DNA from: Macrostomum lignano
Taxonomy: Eukaryota
Assembly (NCBI GenBank): GCA_002269645.1
Contig: NIVC01000704.1
Coordinates: forward strand, 203,692 to 267,691
Direction of reading: 5' to 3'
DNA length: 64,000 nt
The notes under the pieces were generated by a model, which made no database searches, had not been told where the DNA came from, and saw only the letters and a list, made by a program, of their open reading frames with translations. The position numbers and the translations under genes are program-made. Shown piece by piece: positions 42,880 to 57,145 of this stretch; positions within the stretch are counted from its first letter, which is position 1; every line of letters starts with the position of its first letter.

Positions 42880-45800
42880 AGCTTGGTCCGGGGCGCCAGC
42901 GTCAGCAAAAGCCTGTCAGGGTATCTCGCCGTTCGCCCTTGGCCTCGCTGCGCGGTCCCTGCAGTTTTAGCAGTAGCACTTCGTGCAGCGTCTCAGGGCG
43001 GCGGGCCACCGACCAATTCTGACCTGCGACGACTTCGACTGGCTGGCCAAGTCATCCGCGGGCCGCATCAGGCGCGCCCTTGTGTAGAGCGCGGCATTTT
43101 GGTCTTAATTGCCTCCTGGACTGCTGCGCACTCCGAACGCCGAACGCAGCATGGCCACATGCTCAGCCTCCAGCTGCCTCTCCGACAAGGTGTCCGTCAG
43201 GGTCCAGCAGGTCTCGGCGTTGTACAACAACAACAATAACAACAACAAAATACGTGACGCCGCATGCACAGTCACAGTTAGAACAGGGCGCGTCAGATGG
43301 CGCGTTGCAGAGCCTGGGAGCGAACAAAGTCCGCTCCGTTGGCAGTGTCGGGCGCCCCAGCGTCGCACAGCAGGCAGTCCACGTATCGACGGGTTCGGGC
43401 CTGACCCCGCCTGAGCGGACCCTGCAAGGTGAGCAGCAGGACGTCATGAACAGGTTAGGGGCAGTAGCCCTCGGCCCGGATCACGTGGCCCGCCAGTTGA
43501 AGTCGCCGCCGGCGCAGGATGATGGACGGGCGCTGCAGTTTGGCCCGATCGTACAGGGCCTCGGTCCCGACGCTCTCGTCAGCTCGAAAAGCCGCCACGG
43601 AGCAGCCCTGAGTGCGCCGAGTCCAGCTGCCGCTCCAGCGTAGCCGTCAGCGTCCACGTCTCGGCGTTGTATAGCAGGACGGTTTCGACCACCGCCTGCC
43701 ACATCCGAGTCCTCTGGCGGTCGGGCAGCGCTTCGGACTGGAGGACGGCTCGGATCGAACAAAAGGCCGCCCAGGCAAGTCCTCTGCGCCGCCGGAGGTC
43801 CTCTTCCACGTGGGGCACCAGAGCGCCGGGGTAGGTGAACCGCTGGCAGCGTGCGAACTTGGTCGTCTGCCCGTCTGCGCCGCGGCACGTCAGGTCCGCT
43901 GGGATGTCGGCCGGCACAGTCAGCACTTCGGTCTTCAGCGTGTTGACGATCAGACCGACGCTCGATGCCACCTCGACCAGCCTGTCGATCTGGCGCTGGG
44001 CGCCTTCAACGGACGAGGACAGGAGGGCGAGTTCTTCGGCGTAGCCAAGTACGCTCAGGCGCTTTTCGCCATGGCGGCGACCGATGCGTCTGCGCAGCAG
44101 GAAGCCGTCATTAGCCGAGAGAGTGCGGTCCGAAGCACCCAGTCCAGCAGCATCACGAAGAGGAACGGCGCTAGCGTGTCGCCCTGCAGAACTCCTGATG
44201 AAGTATCGAACAGGTCAGACAGGCCGTCCGCCGTCACCACAGCAGCTCGAGTTTCGCAATACAGCGCCATGACAGCGTCGATTAGCTGCTGGGGTACCCG
44301 GTAGGCTCGAAGGACAAAGGGAAGCGCGGCTCTCAACACCGAGTCAAACGCCTTTCGAAAGTCAACGAAGACAATTATCAGCGTAGACTGGCGGATGCGC
44401 GCCTCCTCGATGACACGGCGGAGTGCGAGGATCTGTGTCAATGTACCGCGTTGCGGCCAGAATCCGTTCTGCTCGTACCGCAGGTACGGGTCCAGCACCA
44501 ACTGCAGACGATCGAGCAGCAGCCGGTCGAAGAGCTTCGCGATGCAGGACATCAGCAAGATCCCGCGGTGGTCTTCTTTCCGTGCTGTCCCTGCCTTCTT
44601 CGGGATCGGCACGATGTGCGCGACGGTCCGCAGGAGCGCCGGCGAGCACGCGGTTCATGACGCCTGTGACCTGGAAGGCCACACAGCGGAGCCGCAGCGC
44701 TTCGACTGGGACTTCGTCGGGGCCGAGCGCCTTGCCGCCTGATGTTTTCCGAACGTACAGCACAACGTCCTCCGTGGTGACTGGTCTGGTGCAGAAGTCC
44801 TCATCAGCTGGGAGCGGCGTGTCCAGAGGGAGCGCAAAGCTGGCGGGCAGCGGCGACACGGGCGCGTTCACGATGCCGGCGAAGAAGTCGCGCAATTCAT
44901 TCCTGCGCTCCTCCGGGGTGTGGCCGGCTGGCAGTTGGGGAGCGCCCCAACTGCCGGCCAAGCGCTTTTTGCGCCCCGTCAGAGTCTGGACGGCTGTCCA
45001 CACTGCGCGGCTCTTCACGTCGGGGCCGGCTGCAGTGATGAACCTGACGCCGTCGTCGACAGCGGCCTGCTGCCGCTCGTCAAGAAGGCGCTCAAATGCG
45101 TCTTCAGCGTCGCCTGTGGGCCTCCGGTTTCTGCGGAGTCGCTCGATGTTGAGCCGCGCCTGCCTGATGATGGGGTCGCTCTGCCATACAGGCAGCGATT
45201 TCTGCGCTGGCCGCATTAGCGGGACCGTCTGCTCTGCAGCGGCTCGAACGGCGGTGCTGATGTCGGAATACTCCGCCTCGCGCTGGTCTCCAAGCGCGCC
45301 GACGAAGACACCCGCGAGTTGACGCTTCACGCGGGTGTCCAACAGTGCGCGATAGTAGCGCCGTGGCCGCTGCTTTGGCGGTCGGTAGAACTGGTCGCGG
45401 AGCCGCAAGTCGCAGATCAGGAGTCGGTGGTCTGACAGGAGAGCCACCGGAGCCATGGTGTCGCAGTTGGTGACGCGACGGCGCTCACCGGTCAGACTCT
45501 GCGAGTCCCTGCTGTGCTGAGCTTTGCTGCCGCAGCTGAAGCACAGCCGTCCGAGCCAACCAAGGTCATCCGCGGCCTGATGATCTGGCCGCGATGCCAG
45601 GAGGTGTCAGCACTATTTGCACGGGTGTGCAAATAAAATGGCTCGAAAGTTTTACAAGTTATACAACAAGTCTCAACGACTGCGTGAAACAGCCGAGCCC
45701 TAAGCCCTTCATCCAGGGCCTCAGAATGGAGCACGGAGCGCACAGAAAAAAACGCGTCCCAGCTGGCCAGTCCTCGTCGTCTTTCACCAGGACGTCAAGA

Positions 45801-46250
45801 GCAAGTCCGGCACGAGGCCGCCGATGTACAAGAACCGCTGACAGCGGGTAAGCATGATTGCCTCCCCGAGCGGCAGAGTCTCAGTAGTTGATCTCGGCAG
45901 TCACCGTGAAGACTAACGTCTTCCACGCGTTCAGTATGATGCCGACTCGCGATGCTGCATGCTGCCGTCAGAGGCCATCCAGCGGCCGCTGGGCGCCTTC
46001 AGCCGTCGATGAAAGCAGCGCGAGGTCGTCCACGTAGCTGAGAACGAAGAGCCGCTTTTCCGGGTACCGCCGACTGATCGTGCGTCTTCTGAGCAGGAAG
46101 CCCTCGTCGTCCGGTTTGGGCAGGCCTGTCCTCCAGCACAAACAGAAAGGCGCCAGATTGTCACGCTGCAGTACGCCTTACGACGTGGCCGAACTGGTCC
46201 GACAGTCCATCTGGCGTCATCACCGAAGTGGTCGTGTCCTGCTCGTGTCC
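42880..46250 (-). mobile_element. Stack of three RTE-like non-LTR retrotransposon fragments (about 46250-45490, 45490-43225 and 43225-42880), all defective
   Basis: APE endonuclease end LLSDHRLL. RT: PIPKK, EQNGF, FVDFRKAFDSV, GVLQGDTLAPFLF, YAEE (decayed YADD) at ~44030 and a second YVDD at ~46035. LLYNAETWTLT occurs twice. A (TTG)n tail lies at 43225-43249. Confidence 0.88.
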
Positions 46251-46720
46251 TTCGCTCAATGAAAGAGCGAATAAGAGTAACAATAGATTGAACTATTAGT
46301 AAAAACTTGTACAGCTTTTGTTAGTTTTAGTAAGTAAACTATAAAAAAATTGCGAAATTCAGAATTAAACCTCATTTTTATATTTTTACACTTATAAGTC
46401 GACAAATTTTTTTTTGTTATAACAAGCTAAACTTTTTAATTTCGTCGTTATTTAGGAAATATCATATCCTCTCAAATAATAATTAATGCGTCTAACTACG
46501 TACGTATAAGCATATATGTTTTATCTGTTGACTATAAAAATACCTATTTCACTATTTATATAGTAGATATGGGTCATTTTGTCTTCTGTCTGTTCGTCTA
46601 TTGGAGGTCCGTGCTGAATGGTAGATGGTTTGTCTACTGTTGTGTCTAGGCCCTAACTAAGCCTAATGAAAACAATACCCAGCTGTCCCAGCAATGAAGC
46701 AGTGAAGCATGTAATGGTGA

Positions 46721-46815
46721 GACAGGGACGCCCAACAAGAGACAGGGGCACCCAACAAGGGACAGGGGCGCCCAACAAGTGATAGTGACGCCTAACAAGA
46801 GACAGGGGCGCCAAA
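46721..46815. repeat. 20-bp repeat (gacaggggcgcccaacaaga) x~5
   Basis: Direct reading. Confidence 0.85.
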
Positions 46816-48134
46816 AAGCAGTATTTGCTGCTAATAAGCATCTTTTTTTACTATTTAGTGCTAGGCCCTGCTTTTGTTAAGACAAATGTGGATAGTCAGC
46901 AGTTGGAAGTTTTGAATATAGGCCTACATTTTGGTAGAAATTTTGCACAAAAAATTTATATAGTATAGTTTATATAGTTTCTCTGTGTTTTTTATAAAGA
47001 AAAAGTAAAAAATAGGAGATAGAAAGATTGCAATAAAAATTCATATAAAAAAAACAATGCAAAATCACAGTTAAAATTTTAAAATCTGCAGTTGAAAATG
47101 ATGTCCAAGCTAAATTACACAGCTTGAATTGCCTTAATCAAATTATGTTACTAGTGCAGCATGTAAACAAACTATAAGTATAATAAATTGTTTCCCTTTG
47201 CTTTGAATAGGCCTATTGTCAACTAAATTATGCACAAATTAAGTAAATAAAAATTTAGTATGTAATATGTTGTATAATCATGCTAAATCAATCAATTAAT
47301 ACACATCACTGAATAGTCATTTTATCTACTAGTAGAAAATTTGACAATATACAAAATGACCATATCCCTATATGCCATGGTTACTATAACAATAAAAAAT
47401 TACCTTAATTACAATATACCAAGTCTCATAGATCCTTCTATTTAATATTCAGTCTACAACCTGAATATATGAATTTTTGTTCCAAATTAAGTATTATATG
47501 TCCATCATTAATTTTTATTACATAGGTAAATATGAATATTTTTTGCACCAAGTTTTATATAAATGACTAATCACCAACATTATTTTTATCAGAATGGCTA
47601 CTACCAAAGTAAATTATATTTAAAATTCTTATAGTATTAGGCCTAAGATATAACTAGTTTTTTATGATAGCCTAGTAGCAAATTATATTTAAGGAAGGCC
47701 TATGCATGTTGTATTTAAGTGGTTTTTATGGCTCATCGGCCTCATCCATTAATGGTTATCTATATAGTCTACATGACTAGAGTCTCATCTTAGAGGAGCT
47801 AACAGCATTATAGCTTTGATGCTATAATATTTCTTATATTATATTAAATGCTTTTAAGTGTATAAAGGATTTTGAATTGATTTTTATTTTCATCAAATGA
47901 ATGCTCATTAGGTTGCTAAAATAATGACTTGAAACAGAACAGCTATAAAGTTAATGATATCGAACCCAGTTTTCATTCATGTTCATTAAAATTTTTGCCA
48001 ACCTACCCATCTGTTTTCATGCCTTCAGCTTGGCTGCCAATGAGTGCTCATCAATTCATCAGCAGGGACTCATACTTGCTCTGCTAGTAAGGAGACTTGT
48101 AAAGCAAAGCTATTCTTGTGCATAAAATTGCAAA

Positions 48135-51017
48135 ATGCGGGCCAGAATGGCTGCTGTGCCAAATCCCAACAGTGCCCATCAGTATCATCAGTACCAGCTG
48201 GCTCCCAAGCAGCAGCAGCCGACTCAACAATCTTTGCAACGCTCCGCACCTGGCGCCAGTCCGGTCTCCCAGGTGTCTGTAGCCGAGCTGGCCAAAATAT
48301 TTGGTGCCAGACAGAGGTCGGCCAGTCTGCAGAGGCAGCCACAGCCGCAGTATCAGCACCAGCAGTATCCAACTATGGACAAGCAGCGGACAAACGCTGC
48401 GCCAGTGCCCCCAGCCGTGCAGCAGCAGCGGCAGCATCAGGCCATTCAGCAGCAGTTGCAGCACAGAGATGCGGCAGGCCTGTCGGCTCAGTCGCCCGGC
48501 AGGCGGGGCGGTCAGCGCACTCCCGTCTATGCCGACCCACGTGCCGGCAATGGCGGCAACAGCCAGCAGGCTCGCTCTGGCAGTCGCGGCAGCAGCAGCG
48601 GTCGCTGGCGCAGTCAGGAGAGTCTCAGCGAAGCGTCTCCACAGCTTCTAATGTCGTCTGGCAACAGCGGCTCGAGCGGGGCCGGCGGCGGCTTGATGTT
48701 CCGGTCTGTGCAAGCGGACCCGCCGCCCAGACTGTTTCCGAGCGGAGTGCCGCCAGTCTCCCAGGTATTGGCTAATTAATTAATTGGCCGTTCAAGCCTT
48801 ACCTAGAGCTTTTCGTTTATGGACTACTGTATTAAAATACACTTTAGAAAGCTTTTTTACTAATTTAGTAATATCTGCCAGTTGAATTACAATCGTACCA
48901 GCTGCAAAACAGTCCTCCGATTCCAGATGCTAATTAATTTAAAAGTCCTTGCACACTCTATCTGACCCTCAGCCGTCTGGCGCCTGCGCCATGCCGCATT
49001 CCCAGTCGGCCAACCTTGGCAGCCTCATCCTGCGGCCCAGCGCCTTCCGGCCCGTCCGCATCGGCAACGGCGGCAGCAGCGGCGGCGCCTTCCAGCAGCA
49101 GCAGCGGCAGCACCCGGTGACTCCACCTAGCGGCGACAGCGGCTTCGTCGACGTCAGCGGCTACGGTCGTCGCAGTCAGGAGCCGTCCTTGTCACGATCG
49201 GCAGCCGTCGTAGACTGCGACTTCGACGTTGATGGCGACGGCGACGATCGTAGCTCGGCGTGCGCGGCCACCTCGCCAAGCGACAGCGGCCTGCTGCTGG
49301 CCGACTATGAGAATCTGCTGCGGGAAAAGGATAACGAGCTGGCCGAGCTGAGGCGGACTATGGAGCAGAATGAGTCCGCCCTGGTGCGAGTATTCGAGGA
49401 GCGGCAGGGCGAGCTGGAGAGTCGAGTGAGTCCGCCGTCTCTACCTGGGTTTCTGGGTAGCTTTATTCGAAGTCTAAAAAACATTTCCCATATTGCTGGA
49501 GAGACATTTTCGTTTCATTTTCCTTTCGCCTTCGCCCCGCCACAGCTGCGCAACGAGATGGCGCTGAACGCGCGCCTCACTCCGGCCGTCTCCCTTGGCA
49601 ACCGGCGGCTTCGCCAATCCGAACAGGCCATCAACGATCTCCGGCTGCAGGCCCAGACGCACCTGGACGAGTTGCAGTCGTTGAAGTCGCAGCTGCGGAC
49701 TGCGGAGGCGGAGCTGCGCGACCGGTCCGGCCGAGTGCAGCAGCTCGAAGCCAGCTTGGCCGCGTCGCGGGAGTCGCTGGACGCCGCCACCTGGGAGCTG
49801 CGCCGGCAGCGCAGCCGGCGGGCCAACGATAACGATGACAACGGCGTGGCCGATGACGACGCTGACAGAGGCGCGGTGTCGACTGCCGATCGGTCATGCC
49901 AGACCGATGCGACGGCGACTTCTGGTGCTCCCAAAGACAGCGATAGCGGCGGCGGTGGTCTAGAGCAGCGACAGCAGCTGCTGGATGAGTTGGCGGCTTT
50001 GCGGACTCAGCTGGAGGAGCAGGTGAGGGTCTCTGTGCCATGCTTATCTTGCTGACTGCAGCCTCCCCAGTGCACTGATGCTGACTGCAGCCTCCCCAGT
50101 GTGCACTGATGCTGACTGACTGCAGCCTCCCCAGTGTGCACTGATGCTGACTGCAGCCTCCCCAGTGTGCACTGATGCTGACTGCAGCCTCCCTAATGCA
50201 CTGATGCTGACTGCAGCCTCCCCAGTGTGCACTGATGCTGACTGCAGCCTCCCTAATGCACTGATGCTGACTGCAGCCTCCCCAGTGTGCACTGATGCTG
50301 ACTGCAGCCTCCCTAATGCACTGATGCTGACTGCAGCCTCCCCAGTGTGCACTGATGCTGACTGACTGCAGCCTCCCCAGTGTGCACTGATGCTGACTGC
50401 AGCCTCCCCAGTGTGCACTGATGCTGACTGCAGCCTCCCTAATGCACTGATGCTGACTGCAGCCTCCCCAGTGTGCACTGATGCTGACTGACTGCAGCCT
50501 CCCCAGTGTGCACTGATGCTGACTGCAGCCTCCCCAGTGTGCACTGATGCTGACTGCAGCCTCCCTAATGCACTGATGCTGACTGCAGCCTCCCCAGTGT
50601 GCACTGATGCTGACTGCAGCCTCCCCAGTGTGCACTGATGCTGACTGCAGCCTCCATAATGCACTGATGCTGACTGCAGCCTCCCCAGTGTGCACTGATG
50701 CTGACTGCAGCCTCCCTAATGCACTGATGCTGACTGCAGTCTCCCCGCCCGCCCCCATTCCGCAGAAGTCCGAGTTCGACCAAGAGCGCGCCCAATGGCT
50801 GGAGGAGAAGTCGCAGGTGCTGAACTATCAGAAGCAGCTGCAGATGAACTATCTGCAGCTGACTAAACGATCCCAACGTCTCGAGGCGGAGGCTCAGCAG
50901 CTGTCTGTGGACCTGGAGACCAAAGAGATGCACATTCTCCGGCTGTCCAACGGCTGCTCATCCGGGGGCTCGTCAGCCGCGGGCACGCTGCAGTCGCACA
51001 GCGGTTCTCAGTGCTGA
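48135..51017 (+). CDS. LZTS/Fez1-family leucine-zipper protein, about 603 aa. Exons 48135-48764, 48973-49425, 49546-50022, 50766-51017.
   Basis: ILRPSAFRPV motif, SDSG motifs, LLREKDNEL...NESALVRVFEERQ, and C-terminal FDQERAQWLEEKSQVLNYQKQLQMNY (Fez1/LZTS signature). All junctions GT-AG, phase 0. Confidence 0.88.
50050..50742. repeat. 29/31-bp minisatellite (tgctgactgcagcctccccagtgtgcactga) x~23 filling LZTS intron 3
   Basis: Starts about 27 nt after the donor and ends about 23 nt before the acceptor. Confidence 0.96.
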
Positions 51018-51829
51018 CATTCTCATCAAGAGCTGTTGATGTGTATGTCTCGCTTGTATTATTTGTACATTTCATACAGCTCGTGTACTACAGTGTTGCA
51101 ATGCTCTACCGCGGCGTGTCTGCTATTGCATGAACTTCTCAATCTCGTGCGTTTCTTTTTTGGCTTACTTTTTTGTTATTTTATAATGCAATTTCTAAGC
51201 TAGCTTTGCTTCTATTTTTCCTGTAAATGTTCCACATTGCTTTTTTCTCTGTTATTTTTGCACGAACTCAGCAATATTTATTGATAGTGCTTTTGATGAT
51301 GGTAAAGTTTTTTTCCGGTTTTGTACCAATTTTCCTTGGCTTTGCCGCCGCCCTAGTCTGAGCTGATGCTGATCGCTGCAGTAGGTGTCGTATTTTCTGT
51401 TATTGCTATTGTGTATATGAAATTATTTGAGTGCAACTTTATCCACACACCTATTTGTGTGCTCAACTCCAGTGTTCGCTAATTGTCGGCTTAATGTTTT
51501 AACTCGAGCCATATCCAGCTTGCAATTTTTACAGGCATTATTATTATTATTACTGACCTAATTCCAAGCGGTACCAATGTACTTTTATCTAGCTGCTATT
51601 CCGGCCGGTCCAGTTTTTTTCTTCAAAAAAATTATCTCTCCAGAAGCTTTGCCGCTTCATCAACTAACTATTTCCCTGTGCAGTTGTTGATTCCCGCCAG
51701 TCTGCGCGTCTCGCTTAAAGTGTTTTTATATAAATTAATTTGAAGTGTCCTTTCGGCATCAATAAAATCATCTTGATTTACAAGGCAAATTTCGCTTTTC
51801 AGTCATCATCACTATATATTTATTAATGC

Positions 51830-52270
51830 TAATTAATTGTTAGCCTGAGACCTGACTTACATGTACTTTGACTTGGCTGCAGGGTCATTGACCGGCGGAT
51901 GCAGCGTGGTGGCAGAAGGAACCTCCCATTCCGCTAGCCCCTAGCAACTAACAATTTCCATCTACTCGTAAGTGATGTCTCTCAGGGGGACTCAGGGCGA
52001 GCAGCGGGATGCTCTCAGGCCTGCAAAGTTGGGGAGAACCCGCTTGCCCAAGGCGAGTGAGCCTGGCCCTGGTGAAAACCGAGCAATGGCAGATAAAGTG
52101 CTCAGCGCTTTCACTGCCTGAGCGACGCTTCTCGGGGACCACCTGACCCTGAAGGAAGCGGTGGGGAGAGAAGCAGCCATCCTGACTGCTCCTAAGTAAG
52201 GACTCAACGTATAAGACGAGAGTAGCATGGGACTGCCTGTGGATGCTTGGAGTCGGCTAACTAATGTATT
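51830..52270 (-). mobile_element. Decayed 3' end of a non-LTR retrotransposon (CCHC-finger type)
   Basis: ESAEHFICHCSVFTRARLTRLG resembles the C-terminal E-T/S-x-x-H-x-L-x-x-C...R...LG finger of I/R1-like LINEs. Confidence 0.45.
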
Positions 52271-53032
52271 TACATGTGAGCACCCAGCTGCTCAGCAATA
52301 ACTCTGCAGTGGATATTAACGATCACAAGAAATTTCAAATCAATGAATGGGTGGCTTCCCCCTAGGGAGGAACGGAGGGTCTTCCTGGCATTCCGCTGCG
52401 CTGTTACGTAACCCCATAGAAGATATTGGCTTCTGTTGTCAATAGAAGAGCGTCTTGCCACAGGCCACCGGGGCTCCGGGTGTTTATAAATGCCGGAGCG
52501 GCCAGGCCCAGCAGGGGGTGGCGGCCATTGTGTGTATATTTATTCTTCAAGCCCGATCAATACAAGGCAGGGCATTTCCCTCGCTCTATTGAAAGGCTGC
52601 CCCTTGCTTGCAGCCGTCCGTCTCTCGTAGTTAAACTCTCCTCCATAAATCCTTACTACATAATTTTAAGCCACACTTGAGGCTTCAAGAATAAGCAAAA
52701 ACGAAATTCTAATTGATTCAACATTCGATTCAGTCCAAGCAAATCGGTTAAGACGCCAACAACAAAGTAATTTTATATTTGTTAATGCGATACTGTAAAA
52801 ATGCGAGAAGCCATAGCCAAGAAGGACGCATTTTTCCACAGTACTACCGGATCAGGTTTCCAAGCAAGACTTCGGCGGTAACTAGCAGAGAACTCGCTTA
52901 CAGCCTGTGGTTGGCTCACACGCCGCCATAAAAGCCATCAAAAGACGCCAAGTTGAGAAACCTTGGCACTGTAATGAGAACTAGTAATAAAAGTGCTCAG
53001 AAAGTACACAGCGATGATAGCAACAAGAGAGA

Positions 53033-55351
53033 CTATTTAGAGATCGGAGCCTTCAGCCGGGCCACTTTGCCCTGCTGGCCGCTGCTCAATTTTTCCGTGG
53101 CCAGCTCGCAGCCGATGGACTTCAGCAGGCGGTGCAGCTTGTCGGAGGCCAGTCGAAACTCGGACATCAGGCCGGGGGTCTCGGTGGCGAAGCCGTCCAG
53201 CTGAAGGCAGAGGATGATCATGTGCATCAGCTGCTTGTCCTTCATGATCTTCGGCAGCGCCCGCTGCTGCTGTCCCGAGCCGGTGGTCATCTGGAATGGA
53301 GACCGGCTACTCGGTTACAAACAAGGACTTCTAAAAGTAGTTGGGCAAGCGATATCGACCGGGAAATAAATGATAATACGAAGGGATGCTCTTCTTGGAC
53401 CAGATTTGGCAGGTTAAGCACAGTTGGCCGCGGTTAGTACGCAGCTGATAACTCTATGCTGTCAATCAGACTGAGCTGCAGTTCACCCTGCTGTGATTGG
53501 GCAGCAGTTCTGAGCTGCAGTTCACCCTGCTGTGATTGGGCAGCAGCTCTGAGCTGCAGTTCACTCTGCTGTGATTGGGCAGCAGTTCTGAGCTGCAGTT
53601 CACCCTGCTGTGATTGGGCAGCAGCTCTGAGCTGCAGTTCACTCTGCTGTGATTGGGCAGCAGCTCTGAGCTGCAGTTCACTCTGCTGTGATTGGGCAGC
53701 AGTTCTGAGCTGCAGTTCACCCTGCTGTGATTGGGCAGCAGCTCTGAGCTGCAGTTCACCCTGCTGTGATTGGGCAGCAGCTCTGAGCTGCAGTTCACCC
53801 TGCTGTGATTGGGCAGCAGCTCTGAGCTGCAGTTCACCCTGCTGTGATTGGGCAGCAGCTCTGAGCTGCAGTTCACCCTGCTGTGATTGGGCAGCAGCTC
53901 AGGGCTGCAGTTCACTCTGTTGTGAAAATAACTTGCAAAAATAGATGAAGCTGGCTCGCATTGCCTCTGCACTGCATGCATATCTCCGCAACACCGGCCA
54001 CCTTACAGTGAATTTTGTAGTTTATACTGTTATTAATCTTTAGACATTATTATTAAAGACCTACAGCTTACTGACAGTAGGCAATATGAATTTGTGTTTT
54101 ATTGGAAAAATAAGCAACAGTAGCTGTGTACTTTAGACTCACCAGCAGAGTGTAGTTCGCCAGCAGGTAGCTGCCAACCTCCTCTGGCAGGTCCGGCAGC
54201 GGCCCCTTTCGATTCACCATCTTGTAGGAGAAGCCGTAGAACTTGCGCATGCAGGCCAGCATGGCCAGCCGGACGCAGTGGCTCAGCCTGGCCGACGGCT
54301 CCGTTGGCGCCTGGGGCAGCCGCTGCAGCACCAGCGAGTCCGGGTAGGCGGCCTCCGAGCGCCAGGCGGCCCAGTCGGCGGGGCCGGACGCAGCCAGGCG
54401 CTCCGCCTCGGGCAGCAGGGCGGCCCGCAGCTTTGCCGGGCAGACTGCGTCCGGGCCATAGATTCCGGCCGGCTGAGTGGCCGAGGGATTGCGGGGCGGC
54501 AGCAGCGAGGCTGTCGGATCTCCGCCGACATCGCCGGCCGCTGTTGTTGCTTCAGCGGCACCGCCCGGCAAAGTAGTGGCAGCGGCTTCCAGTCGGCGGT
54601 TGGCAGCCGACACGGCGGCTTTGAGGTCGCGCGAGGTCACGGTGGCATTAAGCCGCTTGGACTCGGCGATGCGCCGCTTCTTTGCCGTGCTGCCGAACTC
54701 CTCGTACATAGCGGTGGCGGCCTGCTGCGCCGTGCGCTTCCGGCCGCTGGCCGCGGCATCGTCGCCGGCGGCCTCGGGTGCGTCAACGACGCACTGCGGC
54801 AGGAAGCGGACGGCGTCAACCGAGGGCGACAGGATGGAGACGCGGCCGGTGCCGCGGTCGCGGGCCAGCAGCACCAGGCGGGTGGCGAAGGCCAGGCGGG
54901 AGTCGTCACGTCCTGTCCACTGCAGGCCGCCAGAGGTGCGGCACGACTGAAGAATTGATGAAGAGAGCGAATACTGATGAATTTGTACTGTCAGAGGGCA
55001 GTTTGGGTAACGAAGGTCTGTGATATTGCGACTGGTATCAGTTTTGAGAATCTATTAAGAATGGAGGCTGTTGTGATTCTGAAGACTCCAAAAGTGGAAG
55101 ATGCGGAAAAGACAATTTAAAAGCATTCTCACATAGCTCTTCTCCGTGTTGTCCGCGTCGCGGTGAACACAGATCTCCAGGTCTTTGTTTTCATCCGCGT
55201 TGATCTGCGACGAGAAGTACGCTGTGATCGGGGAGAGGGTGGGAATTTAGCTGTGCTTGGGTACCAAATTAATTTGAGTTGCTAAGATTGCACAGACCAG
55301 CAAAGGCTTACCAACAGCGTATTTAGTCTTGGCCTTGGCCGCCTTGACCAT
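53033..55351 (-). CDS. POLR1E: RNA polymerase I subunit RPA49/PAF53, 387 aa. Exons 55351-55312, 55221-55133, 54919-54143, 53290-53033.
   Basis: EEFGSTAKKRRI, LPPRNPSATQPAGIY, and C-terminal KQLMHMIILCLQLDGF...LLKSIGC...VARLKAP match the A49/PAF53 family. Junctions GT-AG, phase-consistent, 1164 nt. Confidence 0.85.
53470..53920. repeat. 39-bp minisatellite (ctgagctgcagttcaccctgctgtgattgggcagcagct) x~11.5 in POLR1E intron 3
   Basis: Direct reading. Confidence 0.96.
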
Positions 55352-55572
55352 TGCTGCTCGAATTGGCGATAGCTATCGGGTATGGATTGGAGCCGGCAAC
55401 GGAGCGGGCTGCATGAGAGCAAACAAATTGAGTAGCTTATCGGGTGCTCGCATATGATGTGAATTCGTGATAAGAACTTCAGTTAGACTAGATGTCTACG
55501 TAGCTATGGGGTACTATGGGGAACAGAGAATTCTGCACCTGAATGTCACTTGTATGAAGTAATAACAACCTA

Positions 55573-56173
<601 letters not shown>

Positions 56174-56739
56174 TCGTGGATATCCTGGTTGAAAAAAATA
56201 AGAGTCAGCCAGCCAACAGTTAACAGAAATTTGACAATCAGAGCAGACGTTAGTTTGCAACGCGATGGCTATTATTGGCTGTCGGGCGTGTATTATCAGT
56301 AAGTGACGTCATCACCGATGCGGGGATAGCACTTCATTGGGAGAACTGAATAGACACGATATATATTTTAAGATGGGCGGCATGGATAATCATTCGATCA
56401 AAACGCGGTCGCTCTTGGGAAGCAATTAACTCAGTCAGAATCATAAACTGAATCAAGTATTGACAGCGGCGGCAGGTAAAAAAGCACAATACAATAACGA
56501 AAAAAACTATATTTATATCTTATAAGCCGAAGCTTAAACAGGGACGCGACCGTGGATCATTCCATCACTATCTGCATAAGAAGTTTGTCTAATTGAACAA
56601 GTCTAAAAAACAGGATTTGAATGTTGTATTCATTTTATTACTTATCTACAAAGACACTTATCTTAGAAAAGATATCCAAACGGTATTCCTAAAAGGAAAT
56701 TCTTAAGAAGTAACAGAATTCAATCATTTTCTCTAAATA

Positions 56740-57145
56740 GGGAATCTAAAGGTACATTCCTAGAAAGGGAGTTTGGATGGGAGTCTAAAGGTACATTCCT
56801 AAAAAGGGGAGTCTAGAATGGGAATCCAAAGGTACATTCCTAGAAAGGGAGTCTGGATGGGAGTCTAAAGGTACATTCCTAAAAAGGGGAGTCTAGAATG
56901 GGAATCCAAAGGTACATTCCTAGAAAGGGAGTCTGGATGGGAGTCTAAAGGTACATTCCTAAAAAGGGGAGTCTAGAATGGGAATCCAAAGGTACATTCC
57001 TAGAAAGGGAGTCTGGATGGGAGTCTAAAGGTACATTCCTAAAAAGGGGAGTCTAGAATGGGAATCCAAAGGTACATTCCTAGAAAGGGAGTCTAGAATG
57101 AGAAGCTTAAGGTACATTCCTAGAAAGGGAGTCTAGAATGTGAAC
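56740..57145. repeat. Alternating 39/41-bp units forming an 80-bp dimeric repeat
   Basis: aaaggtacattcctagaaagggagtctggatgggagtct alternates with aaaggtacattcctaaaaaggggagtctagaatgggaatcc. Identical phase at 56748 and 56828. Confidence 0.93.

Noticed and set aside
49631-53981. ORFs translated from the LZTS and POLR1E intronic arrays (ISAHWGGCSQ, SCSSPCCDWAA, HSRVNCSSELLPN)
   Set aside because: They are repeat-unit translations lying inside well-supported GT-AG introns.
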